Shown here: positions 51,517 to 64,000 of the stretch, piece by piece
Layout of the letters: each line of letters opens with the position of its first letter
Position numbering within the stretch: position 1 is the stretch's first letter
Assembly (NCBI RefSeq): GCF_001194135.2
Contig: NC_068990.1
Coordinates: 70,303,891-70,367,890, forward strand
Direction: 5' to 3'
DNA from: Octopus bimaculoides
Taxonomy: Eukaryota
Length of the DNA: 64,000 bases
Made by a program: the position numbers and the translations under genes
The notes under the pieces: model-generated
Told to the model about the DNA's origin: nothing
What the model saw: only the letters and a program-made list of their open reading frames with translations
Databases searched by the model: none

Positions 51517-51843
51517 TGGTGTGTGTGTCTGTATTTATCCCCTACAACTGGTTGACAACTAGTATTAATGTGTTTATGTCACCATAACATAGCAGTTCAG
51601 CAAAAGAAGAGTAATAGAATAAGTACCAGGCTTTAAAAATAAGTACTGGTGTTGATTCATTTGATTAAAATTCAAGGCACTGCCCTAGGATGGCTGCAGT
51701 CTAATGACTGAAACAAGTAAAAAATAAAAGATAATGATAGTAGAAGTAAAAATACCAAGGCAAACCATAGCACATACCCAAAACACATGGAGCTGTGGTT
51801 TGGTAGTGCAGTGAAAGCACACAATAAATATAAGACTACATAA
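51115..51843 (+). mobile_element. R4/Dong-like LINE 3' end split by nested insertions (ORF end 51115-51352, 3' UTR 51740-51843)
   Basis: KLSLYKDLEIEITQMRGLLKEIVPLIIGALG. The UTR gcaaaccatagcacataccca...gtgaaagcac matches 45450-45530. Confidence 0.8.
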
Positions 51844-54654
51844 TTTTGATTTCAAATTTTGGTACAAGACCAGCAATTTCAGGGGAGAGGGTAAGTCAAC
51901 TACAGGGACCCCAGTACTCAACTGGTACTTACCTTGAAAGGATGAAAGGCAAAGTCAGCCATGGCAGAATTTGTACTCAAAACTTAAAGACACAAAATAC
52001 TGCTATGCAGAGAATTTAGCTAATGGTTAACCGTGTTTGCAAATTTGTACATTCACAAGCTTTTCCGACATTTAACAAAATATTAATCGTTCTCTTTTTT
52101 GCTTACTACTGTATGTTAAGGGTACATGTGTCTGTGGAGTGCTCAGCCACATCCACATTAATTTTATGTACAGGTTGTTCTGTTGATTGGATCATCTAGA
52201 ACCCTCTTCAACTGTAACTTTCCCTTAACAGGGTCTGCTCTATTTAACATTATCCAAAACAAATCAAAGAAGAAAATGATATCTGAACAAATTTCTTCAA
52301 GGGACACCTGACAAACCACCTATACCTGGATATATCTCAGTGAACAAAAACTCCCTTAAAAATGTCTTAGTGCATTGAACCAGGTTATACTATTAAGTTA
52401 GTCATGGCTTGAGTCAATTTTGATTGAAATATATTTGAGTTTATAATAATAATAATAATAGTAATAATGGTTTCAAATTTTGGAATAAGGTCAACAATTT
52501 TGTAGGAGGGGGTAATTCATTTGCATTGACCCCAGTGTTGAATTGGTACTTATTTTTATTTTACTCAAACGGATAAAAGGCAAAGTTAATTCTGGCAGCA
52601 TTTGAACTCAAAACATAAAATTGGTAAAAAAGCTGCTAAGCATTTTGTCTGGCCCAGTGGCGATTCCACCCACTCACCACCTTGATAATAATAATAATAG
52701 TTTGTCTCTTGAGAGTATACTCTCACACCTTTATCACCACCATCTTTGTCTTCTTTCTACTTACTCTCACCCACTTTTGTATCATGTGGGTAGCATGTAT
52801 CTCCTCTATAACAAGATGCCTGTGGCTGTCCATCTATCATATTTTAGGCTTTCAACACCTTGCATAGACCCACTTCGCTTTCTGCTACAATGCCACTGAG
52901 ATGAGGGGTCTTTTCCTTTGTCTTGTAAATTGCTAGGTGACTTCTCTTGTGCCAGTATTATGTTAAAAAGTACACAATACACTTTGTAAAGTGGATGACA
53001 TTAGTAAGTGTATCCAGCTGTAGAAACCATATCAAAGCAGATGTTGGAGCTCAACATAGTCTTCTGACTTGTTAGGTCCTGTCAAACTATCCAGCCTATA
53101 CCAGCATAGAAGACATATTTAACTGAATAATAGTAATAATAATGATGATAATAATAATTTTGAAACTTTTCCCACTCAAAGAATTTATGAATATTTTAAT
53201 GTCATATATTAGTCAATTGATCTCTTCAAATTTTGTTCAAATATCAACAGTATATTGTTGTTTAACCCGGGTTAGCAACTCATTTCTGAACCAGGCCTTT
53301 GCAACTGTGACCATCTCTTCTAGTTAGGAGTGTCTAGAGACTACATTATCTATTGTCTTTTTTTTTTAAGAAAGTAGTGTATGATTGGAAAGAGATTTAC
53401 TGCTGTCTAGCAGGATGAATGTACACATAAATGCTCCCTTGTGGGCCAAGTCACCAACATGTAGAGAGAAAGGATGAATGGAGAGTCAGTAAACTGGCTA
53501 TTTGGTCTTCACTTGTATTTGTTATCTTCAAAAATAAAAAGGAGGAATGATCCTGGATTTCACAGCTAAATTCAAAACATCATTGCTTATTGATCAATTA
53601 ACATTGTCTGATGAAACTGTTTTCACCAACTGTAATATTGATTTCTGTTTTTAGGAACAACATCAATTTTTATTAAGGAAATGTATAAAGTTAGTGCAGA
53701 CATGGCTGTGTGGTTAAGAAGCTCACTTTGCAACACCGAAGTTTTGGGTTCAACTCTACAGTATAACACACCTTGGGTTAGTGTCGTCTACTATAACCCC
53801 CAGGTTGACTAATGCCTTCTGAATTAAAATGTTAGATGGAAACTGTGTGAAATCCCATCATATATGTGTTTGTGTGTGTGCACATGTTTGTGTTTGTCAC
53901 TTCACTACCCTTTGACAATTGGTGTTGATTTGTTTATGTACCTATAACTTAGCAGTTTGATGAAAGAGTCCAGTAGTATAAGTATCAAACTTTAAAAAAA
54001 ACTCCAAAAAACATAACTACTGAGGGCAATTTATTCAATTAAAACTCAAAGTGGTGCCCCAGCATGGCCCCTATCTAACGACTGAAACAGGTAAAAGATA
54101 AAAGAGTCAATAATTTCAATGTCAGTATATTACAGGTGAAGGATGTAGTTGACTTGCGTTAGATCTGAACTCAGAACTAAGGTCAACAAAACAGGATGTT
54201 GCCTAACACATGGTTCAGTCACTCAGGCCGCAAATACTCTGAGAGAGATCACTTTGAAAACTTAGTGGCCAAGAATTACTGCTGACAAGTTAGCAACATA
54301 CCATTGCCTTTATTCATGTACCCATGTGCTGACTGGGAAAGGTACCATGAGTAGGTATATCGGAGTTCAAAACAAGTACATATGTAAAAAAATACAATGT
54401 AATTAATTACATTTCAGGATTTGAGATTAATAAACTAATACTTCTGCCACATGCTTTAGAAAGTTGGATATTAAAAGCCTCATGATGTTTAATACAATAA
54501 AAGGAGAGAAATTATTCAGTCTCTTCAGAGCCAGAAAATATTTCATCCCCCAACAATTGCTGACACTCTGAAAAGCTCCATTGAGGTCAACAGAAGAGTA
54601 CTTCTCCTCCTCTCCCTCCTCATCTAGGACAGTGCTGCTACTATGCACACAGAC

Positions 54655-54940
54655 ATCCTAGACCACATTCTTGCATTCATTTAATGATGAACTGACAAAC
54701 TCTGGCCTCTGGCCCACAGGTATGTTGTTTCCTCCACTTTGTTCCTCAGAGCTAGCCAGTCTCTTACCTCCTGCACTCAAACACCCCTAACCCACTTATA
54801 CCTCCTCCTCTCATCATGTTTATTACATCTATCTCCCAAGCTTTACATTAACTGCTATGTTCAGCCCTTCCTTCTCATAATCTCTGGAATCTCCTACCTG
54901 CTAATGTCTTTCCAGCAACAGTTTATATAGAACATTAACG
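54655..54940 (+). mobile_element. CR1/L2 LINE 3' remnant
   Basis: PLAHRYVVSS, LCSSELASLLPP and LWNLLPANVFPA match the CR1/L2 RT C-terminus. Confidence 0.6.
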
Positions 54941-55189
54941 TTTCTGTTCTTGGAGTCTTTGCAAAGGTCTTGGACTCTGTCTTATCCTCTTGACTCAGCG
55001 AGCAAAGAAGAAAAAGTCTCTTTGCTTCTGCTTTAGTGTTGGGATAAATTTTCTGTCATTTATAAATTATGAAATTGTTTTACAAGATGCAATTGTTGGC
55101 CCCACCAAATTTTACCTCTAAAGCTCAAATACACCCTTTCCTCCCCCATATTACCATACTGCTCTCATAGATATGAAATGATAGTACTG

Positions 55190-55224
<35 letters not shown>

Positions 55225-55690
55225 TTCCAGATGACATCCAAAGATAAGTCATTTCACTGTCTGACAATGAGGTTATGATTTATTCATCAATTCATTAACT
55301 ACTGATTTGAAAAGTTGCTACTACAATAGCCTCCAGCCTTATGAATTTACCACCTCTTCTGTTGCTACTACAATAGCCTCCAACCGTATGAATTTACCAC
55401 GTAGATGTATTTCTAACCCACAATGTCTCTTTTCCCTCTGGTGAGCATTTTCCTCTCTCATCTCATTTTATCACTACTATGATGATAGCCAATCTTCTGA
55501 ATTAACTATCTAGCTGCGTACCTGACCCACACTACCCCATGGTCCTGACCACACGAAACATTTCTCTTAGTCCTTATTCCCTTGAACTAAAATTCCTCTG
55601 GAATCCTGCTCTTCTACATTTTGCAGGAAGACATCAACTTATAAATCTTTAAGCTGAATGCCAGCTACATCACTGGTCAGCATTGTAGGG
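55225..55690 (+). mobile_element. Second CR1/L2 3' remnant with an internal 47-bp tandem duplication
   Basis: DDIQR*VISLSDNE ... LW-ILLFYILQEDINL*IFKLN. Duplication at 55314-55400. Confidence 0.5.
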
Positions 55691-56079
55691 GCCTGCTATC
55701 CTTCTCCCGACTACTTTTAGAATATAAAAGCTGGAAGATTAGTGACTGTTTTTACCTGGAGGTCCACTCCTCTCAGACTTCTGATACCAACCAACACACA
55801 GCAACAATGTAACAGATATATTTTTTGACCTCATTTTAACCTAATGAGACAACAAAGAATCCTCTACATGGTCACTCAACCTGCTAGAAACAACAGCTAA
55901 ATTTCCTTTAAATCACACCATAAATAAGACAAAAGTACATTTGACAATGCAGGCCTAAACACTGGAATTGTCATGGTCAGAATGTCTGTGATCATTAATC
56001 AGTTCAATCAATGTTGATGTAGGGTTAAACAACAACAACAACCTAAACTCAAAAGCTATTGTTATGAAATTGTTAGGAG

Positions 56080-56412
56080 TATAAAAGGTAAAGACCCCCT
56101 TTGGTCATAAATGACCATGGGATTGCACCTAGAAAGTTATCCTCCAAGGTACAAGTCTAGGCAAGGCTGTTTATGGAAGACCAGCAGTTCACCATGCATA
56201 ACAGCCTCCCCTCTCCATGCCACCAATGTTATCTAAGGCTAAGGCAAAGGCTTATATAGCTTGGCACCAGTGATGTTGCAACTCATTTCTACAGCTGAGT
56301 GAACTGGAGCTATGTGAAATAAAGTGACTTGCTCAAAAGCACAACACACAGCTCAGTTCAGGAATTGAACTCACTACCTCGTGATTACGAGCCCAATGCT
56401 TTTAACCACTGA
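56080..56412 (-). mobile_element. tRNA-derived SINE (another family), minus orientation
   Basis: Reverse tRNA-like head ggaattgaactcactacctcgtgattacgagcccaatgctttaaccact, plus gtgacttgctcaa and a tail ending aaaggtaaag. Confidence 0.65.
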
Positions 56413-58789
56413 TAGTTGGAGAAACAAGGTACTTAGATGTCTACATTTTAGTTTGTGAGATACAATGTTGCTTCAAGCAGTGCTTCATATCAAAAACAAA
56501 CTAATTGCCTGATTTTCTTTCATGGCTATTGGAAAAAAAAACTAGTTAGTATTGTGAGAACTATAAGATTAGATAAAAATTGATCTTGAAACATTTCCAA
56601 ACATGATTCAGTAAGAAGAATTCAATTTATTTTTGTTAAACTGAAAATCAAAGATTGTTGGAATTGAATCCGAAGAAAGTTTTTATCATTCTAATGTTGA
56701 ATTCTTTGATTCCCCATAGAAAAGTATTCAATAAGAATTAACTGATATTAAGCTTCAGCATGGTTTAATAAGTCTTGCATATGTGCTGTGTTAATTGTAA
56801 TAATATATTTTAATGTAATAATACATTTAATCCTTTTGATGCTACACTGTTGGAGACAGTTCCTGATTCTATGTTATAAATTTCCTGTTTAGAAGTTTTC
56901 ATCAACATTTCATGGTAATTTATGTTCCAAATACCAGCTTTATGATGACAAAGTTTTTTTTACTAAAATTGTTCCTTATTTTAAAAAAAATTAACTGAAA
57001 CATTGGTAGCATATTTCACTGGAAATATGGTAACAAAAGGATTTAATGTAATAATACATTTTAAAGCTGCAAGCTGGCAGAATTGTTAGCATGCCAAGCA
57101 AAATGCTTAGCAGTATTTCATCCATCTTTATGTTCTAAATTGAAATTCTGCCAAGATTGACTTTACCTTTCATCCTTTCAGGGTTGATAAAGTAAGTACC
57201 ACTTGGGCACTGGGGTCAATGTAATTGACTTACTCCTTCCCCCTAAATTGCTGGCCTTGTGCCAATAATTTGAAACCAATATAATTATACATTTAATGTG
57301 ATGTTTTATTTAAGGTGTAGTCTGTCACATGTTTGTGGTACAGGTATGACCCAGGTATGACTGGTTAAAAGGTTCACTTTGCAATTATGGAATGTTGAGG
57401 GTTTGATCCCTTTGTGCAACAGCAGTTTGGGTAAATATCTTCTACCATAAACTCATGCCAAACCAAGTCTTGTGATTTGAAATTGGATGGACAGACTGTG
57501 GAAGCCAGTCGGTGGGTGAATTGTTCCTGTAATTAAAAGTGCTAGTCTTGTCAGCTCTGCACTACTTGGATTCTACTTGAGGATTATGTTACAGGTACAC
57601 TTGTCTGTGGAATACTCAGCCACTTATATTCTAATATAATGAGCAGATTGATATGTTATTGATCAAACAACTGGATCACTTATCAAAACTGATAAATGAT
57701 TCATTTACTGTATTTATTATAATCCTGTAAAATCAAACATTTTATAACATATATTAATTGTAATATACATAACTAGTTCATTAGTCCTTTAATTTACAGT
57801 GGTATGTGTGTAGTCTCTATGAGAAGGCATCAGATATGTTGAAGCCTGATGGTTTTAGTTATGCATTCTTGAATATTAATTATTGAGGCAATTTTTTTTT
57901 GAGTAGTGAAGTGGCATTTTCTTTTGTTTGTTTTGAAGGGTTGGAGTTTTGACAAATGTTCAGGGAGAGAAAGTAGATTTTTCTTGCCTATAGTTCTAGA
58001 CATTTTCTTGCCTGTTCTTGAAGGTTATGAATGTCTGCCAAGTGATATTTTGATCATTACCATTTTCTGCATCAACACCACCATCACTATCATCATTATC
58101 ATAGTCACTGGTCAATTTTTGTGTGCAATTGGGCATTAGATTTGATTAAGAATTTCAATTCTGCTCCATTTTTGATATCCATATTTCCCAATAAAACTGT
58201 ATATTTTTCCATTAATGTCCATCACATACTGCTTCTGTCAATAATTTCTTAGATCTCTGATACTAATCCTTACATTACCAACAATCTCATCATGACCTTA
58301 CTCTCTTCTTATCAATATCCCCATGGTTGTTTATTAAAGATCCTTTCAACAACTCCTTCCACATAACTACTGCTACTTCCACCACCACTTACTAACCATC
58401 CCACCTCAACACTTTTATCAGTAACATCTCCGCATTAACTATCAACAGTAGCCCCCACATCATTACCTTCGCTATTAACCCATCACACATTCCTTACCCC
58501 ATTATCATCTTCTTTTGCACTTTCACAATTAATAACACCTACGCATCATCTCGACCATCATCAACCACTCTACCATATCTATCATCCCCCACCCTCATGC
58601 ATGCCTGCCCACATTATCAACAACACAACCCACATCCCTAGTCCCTATCAAAATGTCTGAAAAAAAAAGTGTTTCTTTTACAATAATATACTGAACTCTG
58701 ATTCCTAGTTTTCTGCCTGAGAAGTAAATGTCAGGTTTATATCATTGGGTTGTGTATGCTCTGTTTGTTGTAGATTATGAACACTGTGT

Positions 58790-59115
58790 AGTGTCTAATG
58801 ATGAGTGTGTGAGTGAGAGAGAGTAAGAGAGAATATGTTTAGTGAGGGGAAGGGGACTCGGGTTTTTAGATGGTGTTGTGTATGTTGTATAGTGTCTAAT
58901 GGTATATATGTATGTGTGTGTGTGTGTTTGTGGGGATTTTGTATGTTGTGCACGTATGTGTGTACATGTAAGTCTTGGGGTCTTTGAGTATGTGTGATGG
59001 GCAAGACATCTGTTGTGTGGCTGTTTGTTGTGCGATATATATATTTGTTGTAGCCAGTATATGACCTGTGTATGTAGTGGTTGGTGCTAGGTTGATCATT
59101 AAACCAACTAACCCT
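58790..59115 (-). mobile_element. Possible Penelope-like GIY-YIG 3' remnant
   Basis: TGHILATTN and KYIYRTTNSHTTDVL loosely resemble the Penelope C-terminus; A/C-skewed. Confidence 0.25.
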
Positions 59116-59518
59116 CATATCTTACTTAATTGCCTGTTTCACCTTTAATAAGTTTCCTGCCAATGAGTTTATAATGACTCCATTCTGAATCATTCCAAAA
59201 CACAAATTTCCCTTTTTTTTTTGCTTGTTTTTCTTTATTTTATTTTATTTATATTCCAAGATTATGAGACTGGACATTCCTGTAAATTATCTTTTTTTTT
59301 TTCATTCTTTCTTTCCTCTCCATTTCTCCTTTTAACTGAATCTCCCAACCCTATGCCTATTCCACTCACCACCTACATACCGTCTTTCATTCCTTACTTT
59401 CTGTCTTCCTTTCTTTCATTACAAATTTCCAAAAGTGATTCTGCAGTTATCCACCTGGATAACTTCTACACACTCCCTAACTACCTAACTTTTTGACCTG
59501 TTGTATCATTACCAACAC

Positions 59519-59554
<36 letters not shown>

Positions 59555-59753
59555 CACCACCACCGCTGCTGCTGCTCCATCCAAATTATTTCACACACAA
59601 GATACTTTATCATAAACTAGATATCAGTATTTTTATTGTTTTTTTATGTTTTCTTTCTTTTATGAAATTGCCTTATTTTTTATTTGTTATTTCCATTTCT
59701 TTCTTATAATTATTATTGTTTTTAGCTATAACATTTTATTTTTCCTTCTCTAC

Positions 59754-59809
59754 CACTGTGGGTGGAGAGATTCCTTCAATACTGAATAAAAGCCAAGAAA
59801 AATAGTTAC
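59754..59809 (-). other. Candidate 56-nt exon (NYFSWLLFSIEGISPPTV or VTIFLGFYSVLKESLHPQ)
   Basis: Strong acceptor ctgtttttcttgcttag|, weak donor GTG|gtagag. Confidence 0.15.
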
Positions 59810-60934
59810 CTAAGCAAGAAAAACAGCATAGACATACATATTCACAGACCATCCATTACACATCATATTTCCAATAAATCTTGCTCCTCCAGCCAGAACA
59901 TCAAGACCTTTACATTGTTTATTCACTCAAAGAAAACTATTTCCACCAGAGAAAAAAAAAGAAAAAGAAATATAATAATTAAAAGCAACTGTTTGATTTA
60001 CATCCCAAATGTTTAAATAACATTAAAATAAGAGCAGGGCTACCAGATGAGTGAACTACACAAGTATTTCTGCATGTGACATAAATTCTTTTGTGTTTTT
60101 ATGAAATATCTTAGATTTCTACGAACAGTTTAGAAACAAACATTCTCTTAAATATCATTGCTAATAATTTTAATAAACCCATTGCAGGTATGGTGTGTGG
60201 CAAGAAATTTCCTTCCCAGTCACAAGGTTTCAAGTTCAGTCCCACTGCATGGCACCTTGGGAAAGTATCTTCTGTTATAGCCTCAGGCCAACCAAAACCT
60301 CATGAGTGGATTTTGATAAACAGAAACTATGTGTGTGTATGTGTTGCTGTCTTTTTGACTTTGTGCAATGGTTGTCAACAAGAGTCTTCATCATGCAAGC
60401 AGTGTCTTTCATTTCCAATCTTCCAAGGCATGTCTGGTCTTGGGAAAATATTTACTTACTTGGAAACAAGTAAGAATGGTATCTGTTTGAGAAAATTTGC
60501 CTCAACAAATTCCATCTGACCCATGAAAACATGGGAAACTGGACATTAAAATGACAATGACAATATTTTAGATGTATAACAATGCTGTTGCAGTCTTAAC
60601 ATCATCATAGTTATCTGTGTAGCAGACCTGTCATCACAGGTATTTCAGAGGTGACTACCTTGTCTTTTTAAGGACATCTAAAACTTCATTATCTAAAGTG
60701 TCTTTCCTGTATTTAAAACAATGGGGATGTGATTTGGCTGCTATATCTAAAAGGTTAAAAGATCACTAAGGATCACCAGTGAGCTCTTTCATTGGCTCAT
60801 TCTTGTTATTGTTGGCAGAGATGTAACGAAAGTTTTGTACTAGGATCAGTTCAATTAGATATACTCCTCCCTTGAAATATGTAGCATAATACCATTGTCA
60901 AGTACTATTATTAAAGGAATATAAAAATAGAAGG

Positions 60935-60935
<1 letters not shown>

Positions 60936-60996
<61 letters not shown>
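60936..60996. repeat. (CAT)20 microsatellite
   Basis: Directly visible. Confidence 0.95.
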
Positions 60997-61004
60997 ACTG
61001 CATA

Positions 61005-61850
61005 AGGGTGGTACACTGACAGAATCATTAGAGCATTGGTAAAAATACCCTATGGTTCTGAAACATTATATTCTAAGTTCAAAATCCTGCAGAGGTCATT
61101 TATCCTTTCAGGTTGATAAAATAAATGACCAGTTAGGTACTGGGAGCAAGGAAATCAACTAGCACACCCACCTTCTCCTAAAATTGTTGGCCTTGTGCCA
61201 AAATTTGAAACCATTATTATTACTGAACTGGCAGAATCATTAGCACATCAGATAAAATGTTTAGGCAGCATTTCTTCTTGTTCTTTACATTGTGAGTTCA
61301 AATGCTACTAAGATCAGTTTTGCCTTTCACCCTTCTGGGATCAATAGAATAAAGTACCAGTCAGGTAGTGGGATTGATGATGTCAACTAAGCCCCTTCCC
61401 TCAAAATTTCAAGCCTTGTACTTATATTGGTTTCAAATTTTGGCACAAGGCCTGCAATTTCAGGGGAGGGGCTAAGTCAATTAAATCAACCCCAGTGCTC
61501 AACTGGTACTTATTTAATGATCCTGAAAGGATGGATGGCAAAGTTGATCCTGGTAGCATTTGAACCCAGAATGTAAAGATGAACAAAATACCACTCAGCA
61601 TTTTGCCTGGCATGCTAACATTTCTGCCAGCCCACCTCCCTGAGCTTTGCACCTGTATTAAATGCAATTATTATTATTATCATCACTCATAGTGGTGAAC
61701 TGGCATAATCATTAGAGCATCAAACAAAATGCTTAGCAACATTTCCTCCAGCTCTAAGTGCCATCTGAGCACTGAGATTGATGCTATTGACTTATCCCTC
61801 TCCTTAAACTTGCTGACTTTCTGCTAGAATTTGAAATCATTATCATCCTC
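61005..61850. mobile_element. Cluster of four SINE family A copies in + + - + orientation
   Basis: Copies at about 61005-61215 (+), 61225-61421 (+), 61428-61637 (-) and 61690-61840 (+). Confidence 0.85.
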
Positions 61851-62149
61851 ATCATCATCATCATCATCAGTAGTAGTAGTAGTAGTAGTAGTAGTTTTAT
61901 TACATGTTTCACTTTACTCTGAGTCTGTTTTCTAAAACTCTGCACGTTTCAATTTTATTATGACCTTATCAGTGAAGCATACACTTCATCTTTTTTATTT
62001 TGCAATATATAAATCATTTTATTTACAGCATAATATTAATTTAAATTATAACATTTAAATACAAAGAAACAAGATAAAATAGCAATAAGAAAGGAAAAGA
62101 AAAAAGGTGAGGTGAAGTAGCATAAGGTGGAGAGGGAAGGTGCAATATA

Positions 62150-63250
62150 TTAAGAGTAATATGTGCAATGCCTTGTGGTGCTATTTCTTGTGTATGATGT
62201 TTATGTGTTTGTTGAGGGAGTTCTGGTTATGTGTCTGTCTGCTGGATTTGTTATCATTCCCTTCCATCCCAGACGCCTAATTTTATGCGGATATATCTCT
62301 CTTGTCAGTCTTCATAGTTAGCTGATCTGGATCTCCAGTTGTTTATATTTAGGTAGTTTCTCCTTTTCTTCCAAACATGAATTGTCCTCTGTTAGAATTG
62401 ATGCATCAATTGGGAATCCTTTTTTTTCCTTGTGGTTTTTGACAATATCCAAAACATATATGTTGTTCTTGATTGTATTTCTGTTTAGCTGATCTGGATC
62501 TCCAGTTGTTTATATTTAGGTAGTTTCTCCTTTTCTTCCAAACATGAATTGTCCTCTGTTAGAATTGATACATCAATTGGGAATCCTTTTTTTTCCATGT
62601 GGTTTTTGACAATATCCAAAACATATATGCTGTTCTTGACTGTATTTCTGTTTAAATAAACTGTGTTTTAATTGATTTTAAGAAGAACAAACAAATTTGA
62701 GAGATTTCATAAAATAACTAATTTTCCAATGATTAAGCTGGTGTTTCAAGCAAACTTAACAAAAAATGTTTCATACTCTTTTGTAGGGAAAGTTCTTTTG
62801 TTTGTTTTCATTGTTTTTGTATCCCTAGATTATAGGGTCTGCACATTCTTCTAAATTTCCTTTTCTATTCAGCAAATTCCATGTACTGTAATGAAAGTTG
62901 CAACATCACCTTATACATACAACCTATGTGGAGGCTGGAAAACAGATTTAGGTGGGGGGTATATGCTCGAGGGAGTTAATGTAATTTTGGTTTTGTGGGC
63001 TTCCCTCATTGGCCCTAGGTGGTTGTCCCCGCTTCTTATATTGGTATGGTTCATTTCATTCGCTTCACATTGTGTTGTGTTCTTTGTTTTTTTTCAGAAT
63101 TAGTTCTTTGAACCCCATTCCTCCACTGTTTTTGTAATTTATGTTTGTAGTGACCCCTCTCATTTCTTGCTCTTGGGACAAATAAAAGAAGTCATCATGG
63201 CTAGTATCCCCATCAACATTATTAATTATAAAGTCACAGAAATAGTAGAG
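62150..63250 (-). mobile_element. Decayed R4/Dong-like LINE with a 167-bp internal tandem duplication
   Basis: DIVKNHMEKKGFPIDVSILTEDNSCLEEKEKLPKYKQLEIQI occurs twice, then QEIAPQGIAHI. The upstream DDFFYLSQEQEMRG resembles DRLYLPRKEGGRG (weaker). Confidence 0.7.
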
Positions 63251-64000
63251 CACGAGATTAATGCAATTTTGCTATCTTTGTGTTCTGAGTTCAAATCACA
63301 CTGGTATTGACTTTGTCTTTCATTCCTCTGGGGGTCAATAAAATACACAGCAGGGGCTTAATTCAATAGACTATTCTCTCTCTCTCTCTTCATTCATTTC
63401 TGGCTTTGTGCCAAAGATACAAACTACTATTGTTATTAAGTAATTTTAACAAGCACTGCTCTACCTTAACTAGTTGGGTTGTGCAGTCAGTGGAATGGTC
63501 AGTCTTGAAACTGGTCAATAGTTAGTGATGATGATGATGGTGTGCTGGTTGTATGCATAGAGTGGTGTTGGATCCAAGACGCATGGAACTGATATCAATA
63601 TGGTCATATATTAGCATTAAATACTGATGACGTTTAATACTACAGGATAATTTTATATATGTAGCAATGAATGTTTGTATAAGAATGTATGCTTTTGTGT
63701 GAGTGTGCATGTCTGTGTGTGTATACACATGAAGCTCAGTGACATGGCTAGAAGATAAGTTCGATTTGGTTTTTGTTTCAGCCTCGCCGGTATTTCATAT
63801 TTTGCTCTGATTCATACACCTTACCACAGAGCTCACTATTCTGTCCGTATCATTACAATGTCGTTATATTTAGTTCCCGTCATGTCTGGCTCTCTCGATC
63901 CCTCTATGCTTCTATGACTACCATTTCTCTCAAATAGTGATGGCCCTGCTTTACTCTGTCCCTCTCATTCCCCCCCCCGTCTTTCTCTCTCTCTCTCTCT

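Overview
AT-rich, repeat-dense eukaryotic genomic DNA from a draft assembly with six N-gaps. The SINE, LINE and microsatellite content looks like an octopus/cephalopod genome; this is inferred from recalled repeat families, not from a search. No complete, recognisable protein-coding gene, rRNA, true tRNA or CRISPR array is supportable. Most ORFs in the track are (CA)n/(TA)n/(CAT)n, N-gap or transposon artefacts. The window is dominated by about 30 copies of a tRNA-headed SINE in head-to-tail arrays, other SINE families, and decayed LINE fragments: R4/Dong-type with restriction-like endonuclease, Tx1/L1, CR1/L2, RTE and possibly Penelope. It also has a Tc1/mariner transposase remnant with its right TIR and an internally deleted Helitron with both termini and a Rep fragment. 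Best observations: (1) a 455-bp TGTA...TACA solo-LTR-like insert with an exact 4-bp TSD splitting a SINE; it is CpG-rich, carries clustered NRF1/ETS/YY1-like motifs, and points toward phase-compatible minus-strand candidate exons; (2) a near-perfect 101-bp-arm hairpin element; (3) further long fold-back structures that could form dsRNA. Exon calls are low-confidence. Protein-family assignments come from remembered consensus motifs and were read by eye.
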